Assembly: GCA_045597145.1 (NCBI GenBank)
Contig: JAZODU010000023.1
Coordinates: forward strand, 2,987 to 66,986
DNA from: Eubacteriales bacterium
Lineage (GTDB): Bacteria; Bacillota; Clostridia; Oscillospirales; CAG-272
Direction of reading: 5' to 3'
Length of the DNA stretch: 64,000 bases
Positions 47,326-56,325 of this stretch are shown here, piece after piece. A model generated the notes under the pieces. It had not been told where the DNA came from, ran no database searches, and saw only the letters and a program-made list of their open reading frames with translations. A program made the translations under genes and the position numbers. Each line of letters starts with the position of its first letter. Position 1 is the stretch's first letter.

Positions 47326-49374
47326 ATGCATTGGTCAGAAGAGATCGCTCAAAGAATCATTGAGCGCAACCCGAACAAGGAAGAATACGTTTGCGCGGCG
47401 GGCATCAGCCCCTCCGGCTCGGTTCATATCGGCAATTTCCGCGACGTGGCAACGCCGCTGTTCGTGGTCAAGGCACTTCAGAAAATGGGCAAAAAGGCAA
47501 AGCTGCTCTTCTCCTGGGACGAGTACGACCGTTGCCGCAAGATCCCTGCAAACGTGCAGGCGGTCGTCGGCAACACCTATGACAAATATATCGGCTGCCC
47601 CTACGTGGACATTCCCGACCCTTGGGGCTGTCACGAAAACTACGCGGCGCACTTTGAGGAAGAATTTCTCAACTCCATCAAGCCCTTCGGCATTGAGCTG
47701 GACTGCCGCTATCAGGCACAGATGTACCGCTCGGGCAAGTACCAAAAGGACATTCTCGAGTCGCTCAAGAAGAGAGGCGAGATCTTTGAGATCCTCGACT
47801 CCTTCAAGACCAAGGACACCTCCAAGAGCGAGGCGGAGCTGAAGGCAGAGCACGACGCAGAGAAGGAAAAGTACTACCCCGTCAGCATCTTCTGCCCCGA
47901 GTGTCACACCGACTTTACCACCATCACAAGTCTCTCCGAGGACTGCACCGAGGCGGACTACGTCTGCCGTTGCGGTCACAGCGGTCACTTCAATTTCCTG
48001 ACCGACACCGACTGCAAGCTGGGCTGGAAGATCGACTGGCCCATGCGCTGGAGATACGAGGACGTCGACTTTGAGCCGGGCGGAAAGGATCACGCCGCGC
48101 CCACGGGCTCTTACAGCAACTCCAAGATCATCTCCAAGAAGATCTTCAACCACGACGCGCCCCTGTTCCAGGGCTACGAGTTCATCGGCATCAAGGGCAT
48201 GACGGGCAAGATGTCCTCGTCCTCGGGTCTGAACCTGACCCCCGAGACCCTGCTCAAGCTCTATCAGCCCGAGGTCATTCTCTGGCTCTACTCCAAGACC
48301 GATCCCACCAAGGCGTTCGACTTCTGCTTTGACGATGGGATCCTGCGTCAGTACTTTGAATTTGACAAGATGCTGACCGACGTGCGCGAGGGCAAGGCAA
48401 ACGATGCCGTCAAGGAGATCATGGAGGCGTGCCGCATTGAGGGGCGCGAGCTCGAAACCGTTCCCATGTCGCTCCTGGTTCAGCTCGGCTCGATCGTCAA
48501 CTTCAACGTGCCGATGCTGGAAACCGTGTTTGAAAAGATCGGAACGCCCTACACCGCCGCGCAGTTTGCCGACCGCCTGGATCGCGCAAGGTTCTGGCTG
48601 GAGCAGTGCGCGCCCGATCAGGTCAACCGTCTGCGCACGACGCGCAATTTCGAGGTCTGGAACGCTCTGGACGACAAGGAAAAGCAGGCAATCGAGCTCT
48701 TGCACGCCTACATTGCAAAGGGCGGCTACACGTTGGACGAGCTCAACGCTGAGCTTTACGCGATCCCCAAGACCGTTTGGGGCACCGAGATGAGCGACAA
48801 GGAGCTCAAGGGCATTCAGGGCGCGTTCTTCCGCAACGTTTACAAGCTTTTGATCGACAAAGAAAAGGGACCGCGTCTGTATCTGTTCCTCTACGCGATC
48901 GAGCCCGAAAAGTACGTTGGACTCCTTGACTTCTCCTACGCGCAGACCGCCAAGGAGATCGCCGCAGAGGCACCCGCCGAGGAATGCTGCCCCGCCGCAG
49001 AGGAAACGGTCGAGGTACGCGAGGCTGACCCCGTTGAGCCCATCAAGGAGCAGGTCACGATCGACGACTTCTCAAAGATGGACTTCCGCGTATGCAAGGT
49101 GCTCAAGGCAGAGGGCGTGCGCAAGTCGCACTCCTGCCTCAAGCTGACCCTCTTTGACGGACTTGGCGAGAGAGTGATCATGTCCTCGATCAAGGAGGAA
49201 TACACGCCCGAAATGCTCATTGGCAAAAAGATCATCGTCGTTGCGAACCTCAAGCCCAACCGCATCTGCAACGTGCCGAGTGAGGGCATGCTCCTCGCGG
49301 CAACCAACAATGCCTGCGGCTGTAAGGTCATCTTCGTCGACGATTCCGTCCCCGAAGGCACTGCGATTCATTGA
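47326..49374 (+). CDS. lysK: class I lysine--tRNA ligase fused to a C-terminal OB-fold tRNA-binding domain
   Basis: 682 aa. SPSGSVHIGNFRD (HIGH-type) and GKMSSSSG (KMSKS-type) are characteristic of class I LysRS. An acidic/Ala-Pro linker follows. The C-terminus (IDDFSKMDFRVCKVLKAE...VVANLKP...SEGMLLAA) resembles the MetRS C-terminal/CsaA-type tRNA-binding domain. Confidence 0.85.
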   Translation: MHWSEEIAQRIIERNPNKEEYVCAAGISPSGSVHIGNFRDVATPLFVVKALQKMGKKAKLLFSWDEYDRCRKIPANVQAVVGNTYDKYIGCPYVDIPDPWGCHENYAAHFEEEFLNSIKPFGIELDCRYQAQMYRSGKYQKDILESLKKRGEIFEILDSFKTKDTSKSEAELKAEHDAEKEKYYPVSIFCPECHTDFTTITSLSEDCTEADYVCRCGHSGHFNFLTDTDCKLGWKIDWPMRWRYEDVDFEPGGKDHAAPTGSYSNSKIISKKIFNHDAPLFQGYEFIGIKGMTGKMSSSSGLNLTPETLLKLYQPEVILWLYSKTDPTKAFDFCFDDGILRQYFEFDKMLTDVREGKANDAVKEIMEACRIEGRELETVPMSLLVQLGSIVNFNVPMLETVFEKIGTPYTAAQFADRLDRARFWLEQCAPDQVNRLRTTRNFEVWNALDDKEKQAIELLHAYIAKGGYTLDELNAELYAIPKTVWGTEMSDKELKGIQGAFFRNVYKLLIDKEKGPRLYLFLYAIEPEKYVGLLDFSYAQTAKEIAAEAPAEECCPAAEETVEVREADPVEPIKEQVTIDDFSKMDFRVCKVLKAEGVRKSHSCLKLTLFDGLGERVIMSSIKEEYTPEMLIGKKIIVVANLKPNRICNVPSEGMLLAATNNACGCKVIFVDDSVPEGTAIH

Positions 49375-49379
49375 CCGAT

Positions 49380-49409
49380 AAGGGGAAACTTTCACGAAAG
49401 TTTCCCCTT
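49380..49409. repeat. family A-like palindrome
   Basis: AAGGGGAAACTTTC-acg-AAAGTTTCCCCTT, 6 nt after the lysK stop. Confidence 0.7.
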
Positions 49410-49441
49410 TGCAATATCTTTTTATGTGACGGTACACGCCT

Positions 49442-49613
49442 GTCACGCCTCATCCACCAATCGACAAGCGATTGGTCCCCCTTCCCCCGCCGTGGAAGGC
49501 AAGAAGTTCGTTGCGTGCTGAAAAGCTGTGGTTTTTTCCATCGGCAAACTACTTTTCTCGCCTTCCCCGGTGGGGGAAGGTGGCACGCGACAGCGTGACG
49601 GATGAGGCGTGAC
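49442..49613. repeat. family D element (about 172 bp) with 14-bp terminal inverted repeats GTCACGCCTCATCC / GGATGAGGCGTGAC
   Basis: Its left end CGCCTCATCCACCAATCGACAAGCGATTGGT is shared with 58452-58500. It contains the internal hairpins CCTTCC..GGAAGG and CCTTCCCC-ggt-GGGGAAGG. Confidence 0.65.
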
Positions 49614-49646
49614 AAAAAAGCCACCTTTATATGAAAGGAAAACCAT

Positions 49647-50255
49647 ATGGATTCCGAAAACGAAATCATCGAGCCGCAGCCGGAAGAATCGGTTGAAAGC
49701 GAAACCGTTGCTCCCAAGATCGACGAGCCCGTGTTGTTTGCAAACGTACACGTGCGAGATGAGCAGACCTATCGCGAGCTTTACCGTCAGATCATGTTCG
49801 GCGGCGTGTTGAACGTTCTGGCACTCACCATCATCGCGATCGCCGCCGCGGCAATGTGTGCGCTCATTGGTGCTTCCATCGCAGCCGGGAATGAAGTACC
49901 CCTCTGGTATTGGTGCGCCGCGGCGTTTGCGCTGATCTACATTCCGCTCTTTAAGATCTACCCCTACCGCTACTACGTCAGGTTCGCCGTTGCGCGCGAC
50001 GCGGAAATGCTGGAGGGCGAGGAGGTCAGATTGACCGTTTCGGCCACCGAGCGCGCCATTATCATCGACGCGCCGCGCGGCGAGCACGTGGAGCTGAAAT
50101 ACGAAACGGTCAAGCGTGCGGATCAAACCAAGCACTATCTATTGCTCAAAACCCACGCAAAGGTGATCTACACCGTTTCAAAGGACGGCTTTACCAAAGG
50201 CTCATACGAAGACTTCTGCGCGTTTTTGCGCACGAAGGGCATCAAAATCCGCTGA
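49647..50255 (+). CDS. hypothetical membrane protein (YcxB-like)
   Basis: 202 aa. Acidic N-terminus, two TM helices and a soluble C-terminal domain. AAAGGAAAACC RBS-like sequence upstream. Confidence 0.6.
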   Translation: MDSENEIIEPQPEESVESETVAPKIDEPVLFANVHVRDEQTYRELYRQIMFGGVLNVLALTIIAIAAAAMCALIGASIAAGNEVPLWYWCAAAFALIYIPLFKIYPYRYYVRFAVARDAEMLEGEEVRLTVSATERAIIIDAPRGEHVELKYETVKRADQTKHYLLLKTHAKVIYTVSKDGFTKGSYEDFCAFLRTKGIKIR

Positions 50256-50270
50256 TTGGAGGATGTGAGT

Positions 50271-51248
50271 ATGATTTGGTCACTTTACGCAATGCTGGGA
50301 CAGAATATGTGGTTCGAAGAGCATCCGAGGCCGGACTTTGACGACGAAGCTTGGGATATTTTGCTCGAATCTGCCGTGGAGAACGGCATCAACCAGATCG
50401 TTCTGGATCTGGGCGAGGGGGTGCAGTACCAAAGCCACCCCGAGCTTTCGCGCGAGGGCGCGTGGAGCCCCGAGCGCGTGCGCGCCGAGGTCAGGAGATG
50501 CAAGAAGCTTGGCATCGAGCTGATCCCCAAGCTCAATTTTTCCGCAACGCATCACCTGTGGCTGGGCGAATATCGCCGCATGATGTCTACGTCAATCTAT
50601 TACAAGGTCTGCCGCGAGCTCATCGAGGAGGTCGCAGAGCTGTTCGACCGCCCCGCCTATATTCATCTCGGCATGGACGAGGAGGGCGACCCCCAATTCT
50701 TCAAGAACCTTGACATGGTGCACTACCGCCAAGGGGAGCTGATCTGGCACGACCTGCGCTATCTGTGCGACTGCGTGCTCACATGCGGCACCAAGCCCTG
50801 GATCTGGGCAGACATGTGCATGTACGAGCCCGAAGCGTTCCGCAAGCATATTCCCTACGAGGATGTCGTGCTCTCGCCGTGGATCTATTTTGCGATCCGA
50901 CGCGAGCATTGGACGCTCGTTGCCTCCAAGCAACGCTACATCGACTCCAACGAGGGCAAGCTGGGCGTGACCTACATGGAGGAGGCACCGATCTGGCAGA
51001 CAATGACGCACGAGGGCGTGAAGGCTACGAACGACGGCTACAAGACCGTTCCCTGCTGCTCGGTCTGGGGCGAGTGCGAATACTGCTCCGACGACGTAGT
51101 GGAGCACTTTGTGAACAACTGCACCCCCGACAATCTCCTTGGCTTCATGACCGCGCCCTGGGTGCGCACCAACATGAAAAGCATTGACACGATCAAAAGA
51201 TCCATGGAGATGCTCGCCGCGGCGAGAGCGAAATTTGTGAAGGCGTAA
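50271..51248 (+). CDS. hypothetical protein, glycosidase-like TIM barrel (function uncertain)
   Basis: ORF 50256..51248 (TTG). ATG 50271 follows GGAGGA. The HLGMDEEG segment and its placement in a carbohydrate cluster give only weak family recognition. Confidence 0.55.
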   Translation: MIWSLYAMLGQNMWFEEHPRPDFDDEAWDILLESAVENGINQIVLDLGEGVQYQSHPELSREGAWSPERVRAEVRRCKKLGIELIPKLNFSATHHLWLGEYRRMMSTSIYYKVCRELIEEVAELFDRPAYIHLGMDEEGDPQFFKNLDMVHYRQGELIWHDLRYLCDCVLTCGTKPWIWADMCMYEPEAFRKHIPYEDVVLSPWIYFAIRREHWTLVASKQRYIDSNEGKLGVTYMEEAPIWQTMTHEGVKATNDGYKTVPCCSVWGECEYCSDDVVEHFVNNCTPDNLLGFMTAPWVRTNMKSIDTIKRSMEMLAAARAKFVKA

Positions 51249-51267
51249 CGGGAAAGGAGAACACACA

Positions 51268-52197
51268 ATGCAATTCAAGATCAAAAACCCCATCAGTGAG
51301 GGCTGGTACGCCGATCCTGAGGCACGCTATTACGAAGGCAAGTACGTCATTTACGCAACCAAGTCCCTACCCTTTGACGAGCAGAAGAACCAGGTCTGCT
51401 TCACGTCGGAAAACCTGACCGATTGGGAGCTGCACGACGACGTCATCGATATGGCGGGATTCCCGTGGGCGACCCGCGCGATCTGGGCACCCACGATCAT
51501 CGAAAAGAACGGAAAATATTACTACGTGTTCGCCTCGGGCGACATCCACTCCACCGCCGAGAAGGGCGGGCTTGAGATCGCCGTGTCCGACTCCCCCACG
51601 GGCCCCTTCAAGGCACTCATGGATAAGCCCCTTGTCAACGAGTTCTACAACGGCGCACAGCCCATCGACGCGCATCTCTTTAAGGACGATGACGGCACGG
51701 TCTACCTCTTCTGGGGCGGCTGGCGCCACTGCAACCTCGCCGTTATGAGCGAGGATATGACCTCTCTCGTTCCCTTTGAGGACGGCTCGCTCTGCCGCGA
51801 GATCACCCCTCCCGACTACGTCGAGGGCCCCTGCATGTTCAAAAAGGACGGCAAATATCACTTCATGTGGTCGGCAGACAACTGGGAAACCGGCAGCTAC
51901 CGCGTCAACGCCGCGCTCGCCGACAGCCCGTTCGGCCCGTTTGAGGACTACGTCAACGTGCTCAACTCCGGCGACGGTAAGCTCGCCAACGGCCCCGGGC
52001 ACAACGGGTATTTCTACCTGCCCGAGGAGGATCTTTACATCTGCGTCTACCACCGCCACCGCCCCGAAAATCCCGACGGCAACGCGCGCTTTATGTGCCT
52101 TGACGTGATGCGATTCGGCGAGGACGGCAAGATCCTGCCCATTACCATGACCACCGAGTGGGAATACAAGAACGGCAAAGTGACCGTGATCAAGTGA
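51268..52197 (+). CDS. glycoside hydrolase family 43 protein
   Basis: 309 aa. GWYADPEARYYEGKYVIYAT, AIWAPTIIEKNGKYYYVF and YVEGPCMFKKDGKYHFMWS are typical GH43 beta-propeller blades. Confidence 0.85.
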   Translation: MQFKIKNPISEGWYADPEARYYEGKYVIYATKSLPFDEQKNQVCFTSENLTDWELHDDVIDMAGFPWATRAIWAPTIIEKNGKYYYVFASGDIHSTAEKGGLEIAVSDSPTGPFKALMDKPLVNEFYNGAQPIDAHLFKDDDGTVYLFWGGWRHCNLAVMSEDMTSLVPFEDGSLCREITPPDYVEGPCMFKKDGKYHFMWSADNWETGSYRVNAALADSPFGPFEDYVNVLNSGDGKLANGPGHNGYFYLPEEDLYICVYHRHRPENPDGNARFMCLDVMRFGEDGKILPITMTTEWEYKNGKVTVIK

Positions 52198-52205
52198 GGT
52201 GTACT

Positions 52206-52655
52206 ATGAAACTGAACGTAAAGCTGAAGCTCTCGCGCGGCATGACCGCGCCCGCATACGCAACCGACGGCTCGGCAGCGGTCGATCTGCGCGCAGCCCT
52301 TGAGGAGGATGAGGTCGTAACCCTCGCGCCCGGTGCGCGCGCGCTGATCCCCACGGGGCTCTCCATCTCCCCCGAATCGAGCGATTACGTGGCGATCGTT
52401 GCCGCGCGCTCGGGGTTGGGCATTAAAAAGGGCGTAGCCCTTTCCAACGGCATCGGCGTGATCGACAGCGACTACCGCGGCGAGATCTGCGTGGGTCTTT
52501 GCAACCACGGCGACGAGCCCTTTGAGGTGCGCCGCGGCGACAGGATCGCGCAGATGATGTTCATGCCCGTGGCATGTGCCAACTTTATCGTAACCGACAC
52601 CCTTGACGAAACCGTGCGCGGTGCGGGCGGATTTGGTCACACGGGTATCAAATAA
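52206..52655 (+). CDS. dut: dUTP diphosphatase
   Basis: ORF 52158..52655. The start is ATG 52206 (GAGGTG upstream). ARSGLGIKKGV, GVIDSDYRGEI and RGAGGFGHTG motifs. Confidence 0.9.
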   Translation: MKLNVKLKLSRGMTAPAYATDGSAAVDLRAALEEDEVVTLAPGARALIPTGLSISPESSDYVAIVAARSGLGIKKGVALSNGIGVIDSDYRGEICVGLCNHGDEPFEVRRGDRIAQMMFMPVACANFIVTDTLDETVRGAGGFGHTGIK

Positions 52656-52670
52656 AAGGAGAAAAAGACT

Positions 52671-53450
52671 ATGTTTGAAAAGCTTGGCTTGCAGATCTAC
52701 ACAGTCCGCGACTTTATTCACGACCCCGAATTTGCAGACCTGAGCTTCCGCACCCTGCGTGAGCTCGGCTACACCGAGGCGCAGACGGCAGGCTGCAATT
52801 TCGATCCGAAGCTCTTCGGCGAGCTTCTCGCGAAGAACGGCATCAAGGTCGTCGGCAACCACTGCTCGCTTGAGGACATTCTTCAGACCCCCGAGCGCAC
52901 GATGGAGATCCACCGCATGTGGGGCACGACCAACCTCGGTATCGGCGGCATTCCCCACGAGGCGCGCCAGGGCGGCGAGGCTCTGCGCAAATTCATCAAC
53001 GACTACAACAAAGCTGCCGAGCAGTTTGCAAAGGAAGGCTTCAAGCTGACCTTCCACAACCACAACTACGAGTTCGAGCAGATCGACGGCACAAAGACGC
53101 TGATGGATGTGTTCGCAGAGGAATTTGATCCCGAGAACATCTCCTTCGTCCTTGACACCTGCTGGGTGGCGGCAGGCGGCGGCGACGTCCGCTACTGGAT
53201 CGAAAAGCTCGCAGGTCGCATCGATATTCTGCACCTGAAGGACTTCTCCGTCAAGGTCGCACGCGCGACCACGCCCGAGATCTCTCTGCGCGAGGTCGGC
53301 TACGGCAACCTCTACTGGGACGGCATCATGGAGTCTGCCGAAAAGGCAGGCATCAAGCACTACGTCGTCGAGCAGGACTCGAACTGGACCGACACGCCCT
53401 TCAAGAGCCTTGAAATGAGCGCTGCATTTTTAAAGAAATATCAGAAGTGA
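52671..53450 (+). CDS. sugar phosphate isomerase/epimerase (xylose isomerase-like TIM barrel)
   Basis: 259 aa. FHNHNYEF, the LHLKD segment and a VVEQD-type C-terminus fit this family. Confidence 0.75.
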   Translation: MFEKLGLQIYTVRDFIHDPEFADLSFRTLRELGYTEAQTAGCNFDPKLFGELLAKNGIKVVGNHCSLEDILQTPERTMEIHRMWGTTNLGIGGIPHEARQGGEALRKFINDYNKAAEQFAKEGFKLTFHNHNYEFEQIDGTKTLMDVFAEEFDPENISFVLDTCWVAAGGGDVRYWIEKLAGRIDILHLKDFSVKVARATTPEISLREVGYGNLYWDGIMESAEKAGIKHYVVEQDSNWTDTPFKSLEMSAAFLKKYQK

Positions 53451-53457
53451 TGTGTTT

Positions 53458-53495
53458 TGTGGGGAAGAACCTTTTCAAAAAGGTTCTTCCCCACA
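53458..53495. repeat. family A palindrome
   Basis: TGTGGGGAAGAACCTTTT-C-AAAAAGGTTCTTCCCCACA, between convergent stops (53450 and 53499). Confidence 0.8.
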
Positions 53496-53498
53496 TTC

Positions 53499-55031
53499 TT
53501 ACCCCTCTACAAAACACTTCCGAATAAAGTAAGCCGCAGAGCAGCTCCAGGCGTGGCAGAAGGAGTGCATGAGCGGGTCGTCGTAGGGCGATATCTCGGG
53601 CTTGTTCGGCACAAACACCTCCCAGAAGGTATCCGCGCCCTCGCGCACCATCGCGCCCCAGTAGGACTTGATGTGCGCCAGTGCCTCGTCGTGTAGGTCA
53701 AGCGCAAGCATCGCTTCGACCAGATAGTGGTGCATGTAGGGCGTGACGGGCTTGATGCTGTCGGGCGCGGCAAGGCTGTCCAAAAGACACTTCTTGCCCG
53801 CCTCCCCGCCGATCATGCCGCCGAGCACCGCCCAGACCTGCGACTGCACCGAGTACTGCCCCTTGTCGTAGGCATTGATGAACGCACCTTTTTTCTCGTC
53901 GTAAAGGTGCTTTTTCGCCGCGGCGGTCGTTTTTTCAAGCACGTCCTGCCATTTTGCGGCGGTCGCGCCCTCGCCGAGCGCCTTGGCAAGCGGGATCACA
54001 CGCGCGAGCGCATAGAGGAACACGCCGTGCACGGCAGTAATGTGCTCCAAGCCCGCCGCCCAGTCAATAAACCCGGGCCAGCCTCCCTCGGGGAGCGTTG
54101 CGATACCGTTTTCGTCGAGCGTATCGATCGCAATGCCAACCTCGTTTTCGATCACGGGAAAGAGGTCGCGCACGGTTTCAAGGTCGCCCGTGTGCGCGTA
54201 ATAGTCCGCGATCGACGTGCAATAGAGCATCGAATAATCGGGGATCTCCATGCCGCCGTCAAAGGTAACCTCGGGGTACCGGTAAAGACAGCCCGGCAGG
54301 TATTTGTCGGGGCGCACGCAGGCGGCAAACAAATACAGACAACGGCGTGCGAGCATATCGTTTTCAAACAGCACCTGATCGGTCAGTGCCTGCAGGCGCA
54401 GATCCCCCGACCACAGTCTGCGGTCGCGCTTGGGGCCGTCCTCGTACGCCGACTGCATGCAATCGCGCAGAGTATCCGCCGCCACGCGGTCGATCTCCAC
54501 CAGCTCGGGGTCGGTGCCCGCGGGAAGGGGGGCAAGACGCGACACGTCCGCGCCGGTCTCGCAGCGCACCGCAAAATCGAACAGACGCGTCGGCCGCCAG
54601 GTCGCCACGACCGTGACCTCCAGATAGCGGAAGCTGTAGCGGCGCGGCAGCTCGGTTACACCGATCTGATCGATGTTGATGATCTCCTCGGCAAGCCAGG
54701 ACGCGCAGAGGCTGCCGTGAAAGCTTGCGTGATCGCGCCCTAACTCATAGGGCGTTTCGCCAAAACGCAGGCGCAGACGCACGGGGGCGTCGAGATAGCG
54801 ACCGTTGTCGGCAACGGTAAAGGACAGACGTCCGACGCAATGCCGACCGAAATCCAGCACGAAGGAGTCGCCCGTTTCCACCACGCGGGGGATCTCCCCG
54901 TCGGGGACGGCAGCAAAGCCGAGGTGCGCCGTTTTGCACGGCTCGATCCTGACCGTTTTGGTCGCCGTGACCGTTTCGTAAAACAGGGGCGGTGTGTTCT
55001 TCTCCGCCATTTCGATGTAATGCTGATTCAT
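53499..55031 (-). CDS. six-hairpin glycosidase, alpha-L-rhamnosidase (GH78)-like
   Basis: ORF 53499..55064. The start is ATG 55031 (GGAGG upstream). The C-terminal GADTFWEVF...HSFCHAWSCSAAYF pattern is typical of (alpha/alpha)6 rhamnosidase-like enzymes. Confidence 0.65.
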   Translation of the reverse strand: MNQHYIEMAEKNTPPLFYETVTATKTVRIEPCKTAHLGFAAVPDGEIPRVVETGDSFVLDFGRHCVGRLSFTVADNGRYLDAPVRLRLRFGETPYELGRDHASFHGSLCASWLAEEIINIDQIGVTELPRRYSFRYLEVTVVATWRPTRLFDFAVRCETGADVSRLAPLPAGTDPELVEIDRVAADTLRDCMQSAYEDGPKRDRRLWSGDLRLQALTDQVLFENDMLARRCLYLFAACVRPDKYLPGCLYRYPEVTFDGGMEIPDYSMLYCTSIADYYAHTGDLETVRDLFPVIENEVGIAIDTLDENGIATLPEGGWPGFIDWAAGLEHITAVHGVFLYALARVIPLAKALGEGATAAKWQDVLEKTTAAAKKHLYDEKKGAFINAYDKGQYSVQSQVWAVLGGMIGGEAGKKCLLDSLAAPDSIKPVTPYMHHYLVEAMLALDLHDEALAHIKSYWGAMVREGADTFWEVFVPNKPEISPYDDPLMHSFCHAWSCSAAYFIRKCFVEG

Positions 55032-55060
55032 AAAGCCTCCGCGGGAGTGTTCAGAATTGC

Positions 55061-56176
55061 TCAAATCTCGGGAATGGTGATCTCGACCTCTCTGCCCTCC
55101 TTATCCGAGCGGACGATGCCGTCGATGATCGCCTGATTGATGATGATCTGACCGGTGGGAACGGGTGCGGGCGTTCCGTTTTCGATCGCGTCGAGGAAGG
55201 AGCCGATCTTTCTCTGCCAGAGCGTTCCGTCCTTGGGATCGTCCTTGAGCAGCGGGATCGTTTCCTCAACAGGCTCGCCTGCCACCTGACGGTAGAGCGT
55301 CATGGGACCGCCCGTCGTGCCGTTCCAGCAATCGGTGGACGGAATGCGAAGTCCCGCCTTGGTACCGAGAATGATCGTGTCACCGGGGGTGTTGATGTTC
55401 ATCGCCCACGCGATGCGGAAGTCCAGATAAACGCCGCCCTCCAAGCGAATGAACGCACCTGCAAAGTCGTCCACGCCGAACTGCTCTGCCAGCGACTCGG
55501 CACAATCCTGACCGTAATAGGTCTTGGGATCCTTGCCGAAGAAATCGCTCTTAAAACCCGAAACGGTCAGAGGCTTCGGGTAGCCGATGGCGTTGAGGCA
55601 CATGTCAAGCGAATAGCAGCCGATGTCCGCCAATGCGCCGATGCCCGCCGTATCCTCGCGGATAAAGGAGGTCTTACCGCCCCTTACGGGAATACCGCGA
55701 CGGCGACCGCCGCCCGTCTGAATATAATAAACACGGCCCAGCTCGCCCGACTCGACGATGCGCTTGATCATCTGCATATTCTGGTCAAAGCGCGGCTGGA
55801 AGCCGACGGTCAGCACCTTGCCGCTCTTTTTCTCGGCACGCATCATGGCAACCGCCTCGTCCATGGTCACGCACATCGGCTTTTCCAGAAGGACGTTGAC
55901 ACCCTTCTCCAGCGCGTAGATCGTAGGTCCCGCGTGCTCGCGGTTGTAGGTGCAGATGCTGACGCCGTCCAGCACCTCGTTGTCAAGCAGAGATCTGTCG
56001 TCGTTATAAATACGCGCGTTTTCAAGGCCGAATTCCTCTGCAAACGCCGCCGCTTTTCCGGGAACGATGTCTGCCAGCGCCACGACCTCTACGTTCGGAA
56101 AGCTCTTATACGCATTCATATGCGCGTGCGCAATGCCGCCCGTTCCGATAATACCGATCTTAAATGTTTTTGCCAT
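55061..56176 (-). CDS. Gfo/Idh/MocA family oxidoreductase
   Basis: 371 aa. KIGIIGTGGIAHAH Rossmann motif and an EKP motif (LLEKPM). Confidence 0.85.
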   Translation of the reverse strand: MAKTFKIGIIGTGGIAHAHMNAYKSFPNVEVVALADIVPGKAAAFAEEFGLENARIYNDDRSLLDNEVLDGVSICTYNREHAGPTIYALEKGVNVLLEKPMCVTMDEAVAMMRAEKKSGKVLTVGFQPRFDQNMQMIKRIVESGELGRVYYIQTGGGRRRGIPVRGGKTSFIREDTAGIGALADIGCYSLDMCLNAIGYPKPLTVSGFKSDFFGKDPKTYYGQDCAESLAEQFGVDDFAGAFIRLEGGVYLDFRIAWAMNINTPGDTIILGTKAGLRIPSTDCWNGTTGGPMTLYRQVAGEPVEETIPLLKDDPKDGTLWQRKIGSFLDAIENGTPAPVPTGQIIINQAIIDGIVRSDKEGREVEITIPEI

Positions 56177-56267
56177 GATGGCTCTCCTTTGTCTGTTCCA
56201 AAAATATCTTCACGCGGAAGCAATTTCATTATACTGCACCCGCGCGTAATTGTCAATCACGGGGGGG

Positions 56268-56296
56268 TTGTATTTTTCTAAAAAATATGCTATAAT
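56268..56296 (+). promoter_or_regulatory. sigma-A promoter: TTGTAT, 17-nt spacer, TGcTATAAT
   Basis: TTGTAT at 56268-56273 and TATAAT at 56291-56296. Confidence 0.5.
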
Positions 56297-56325
56297 AATC
56301 TATATTTACGGAAGGAGATGATCCT

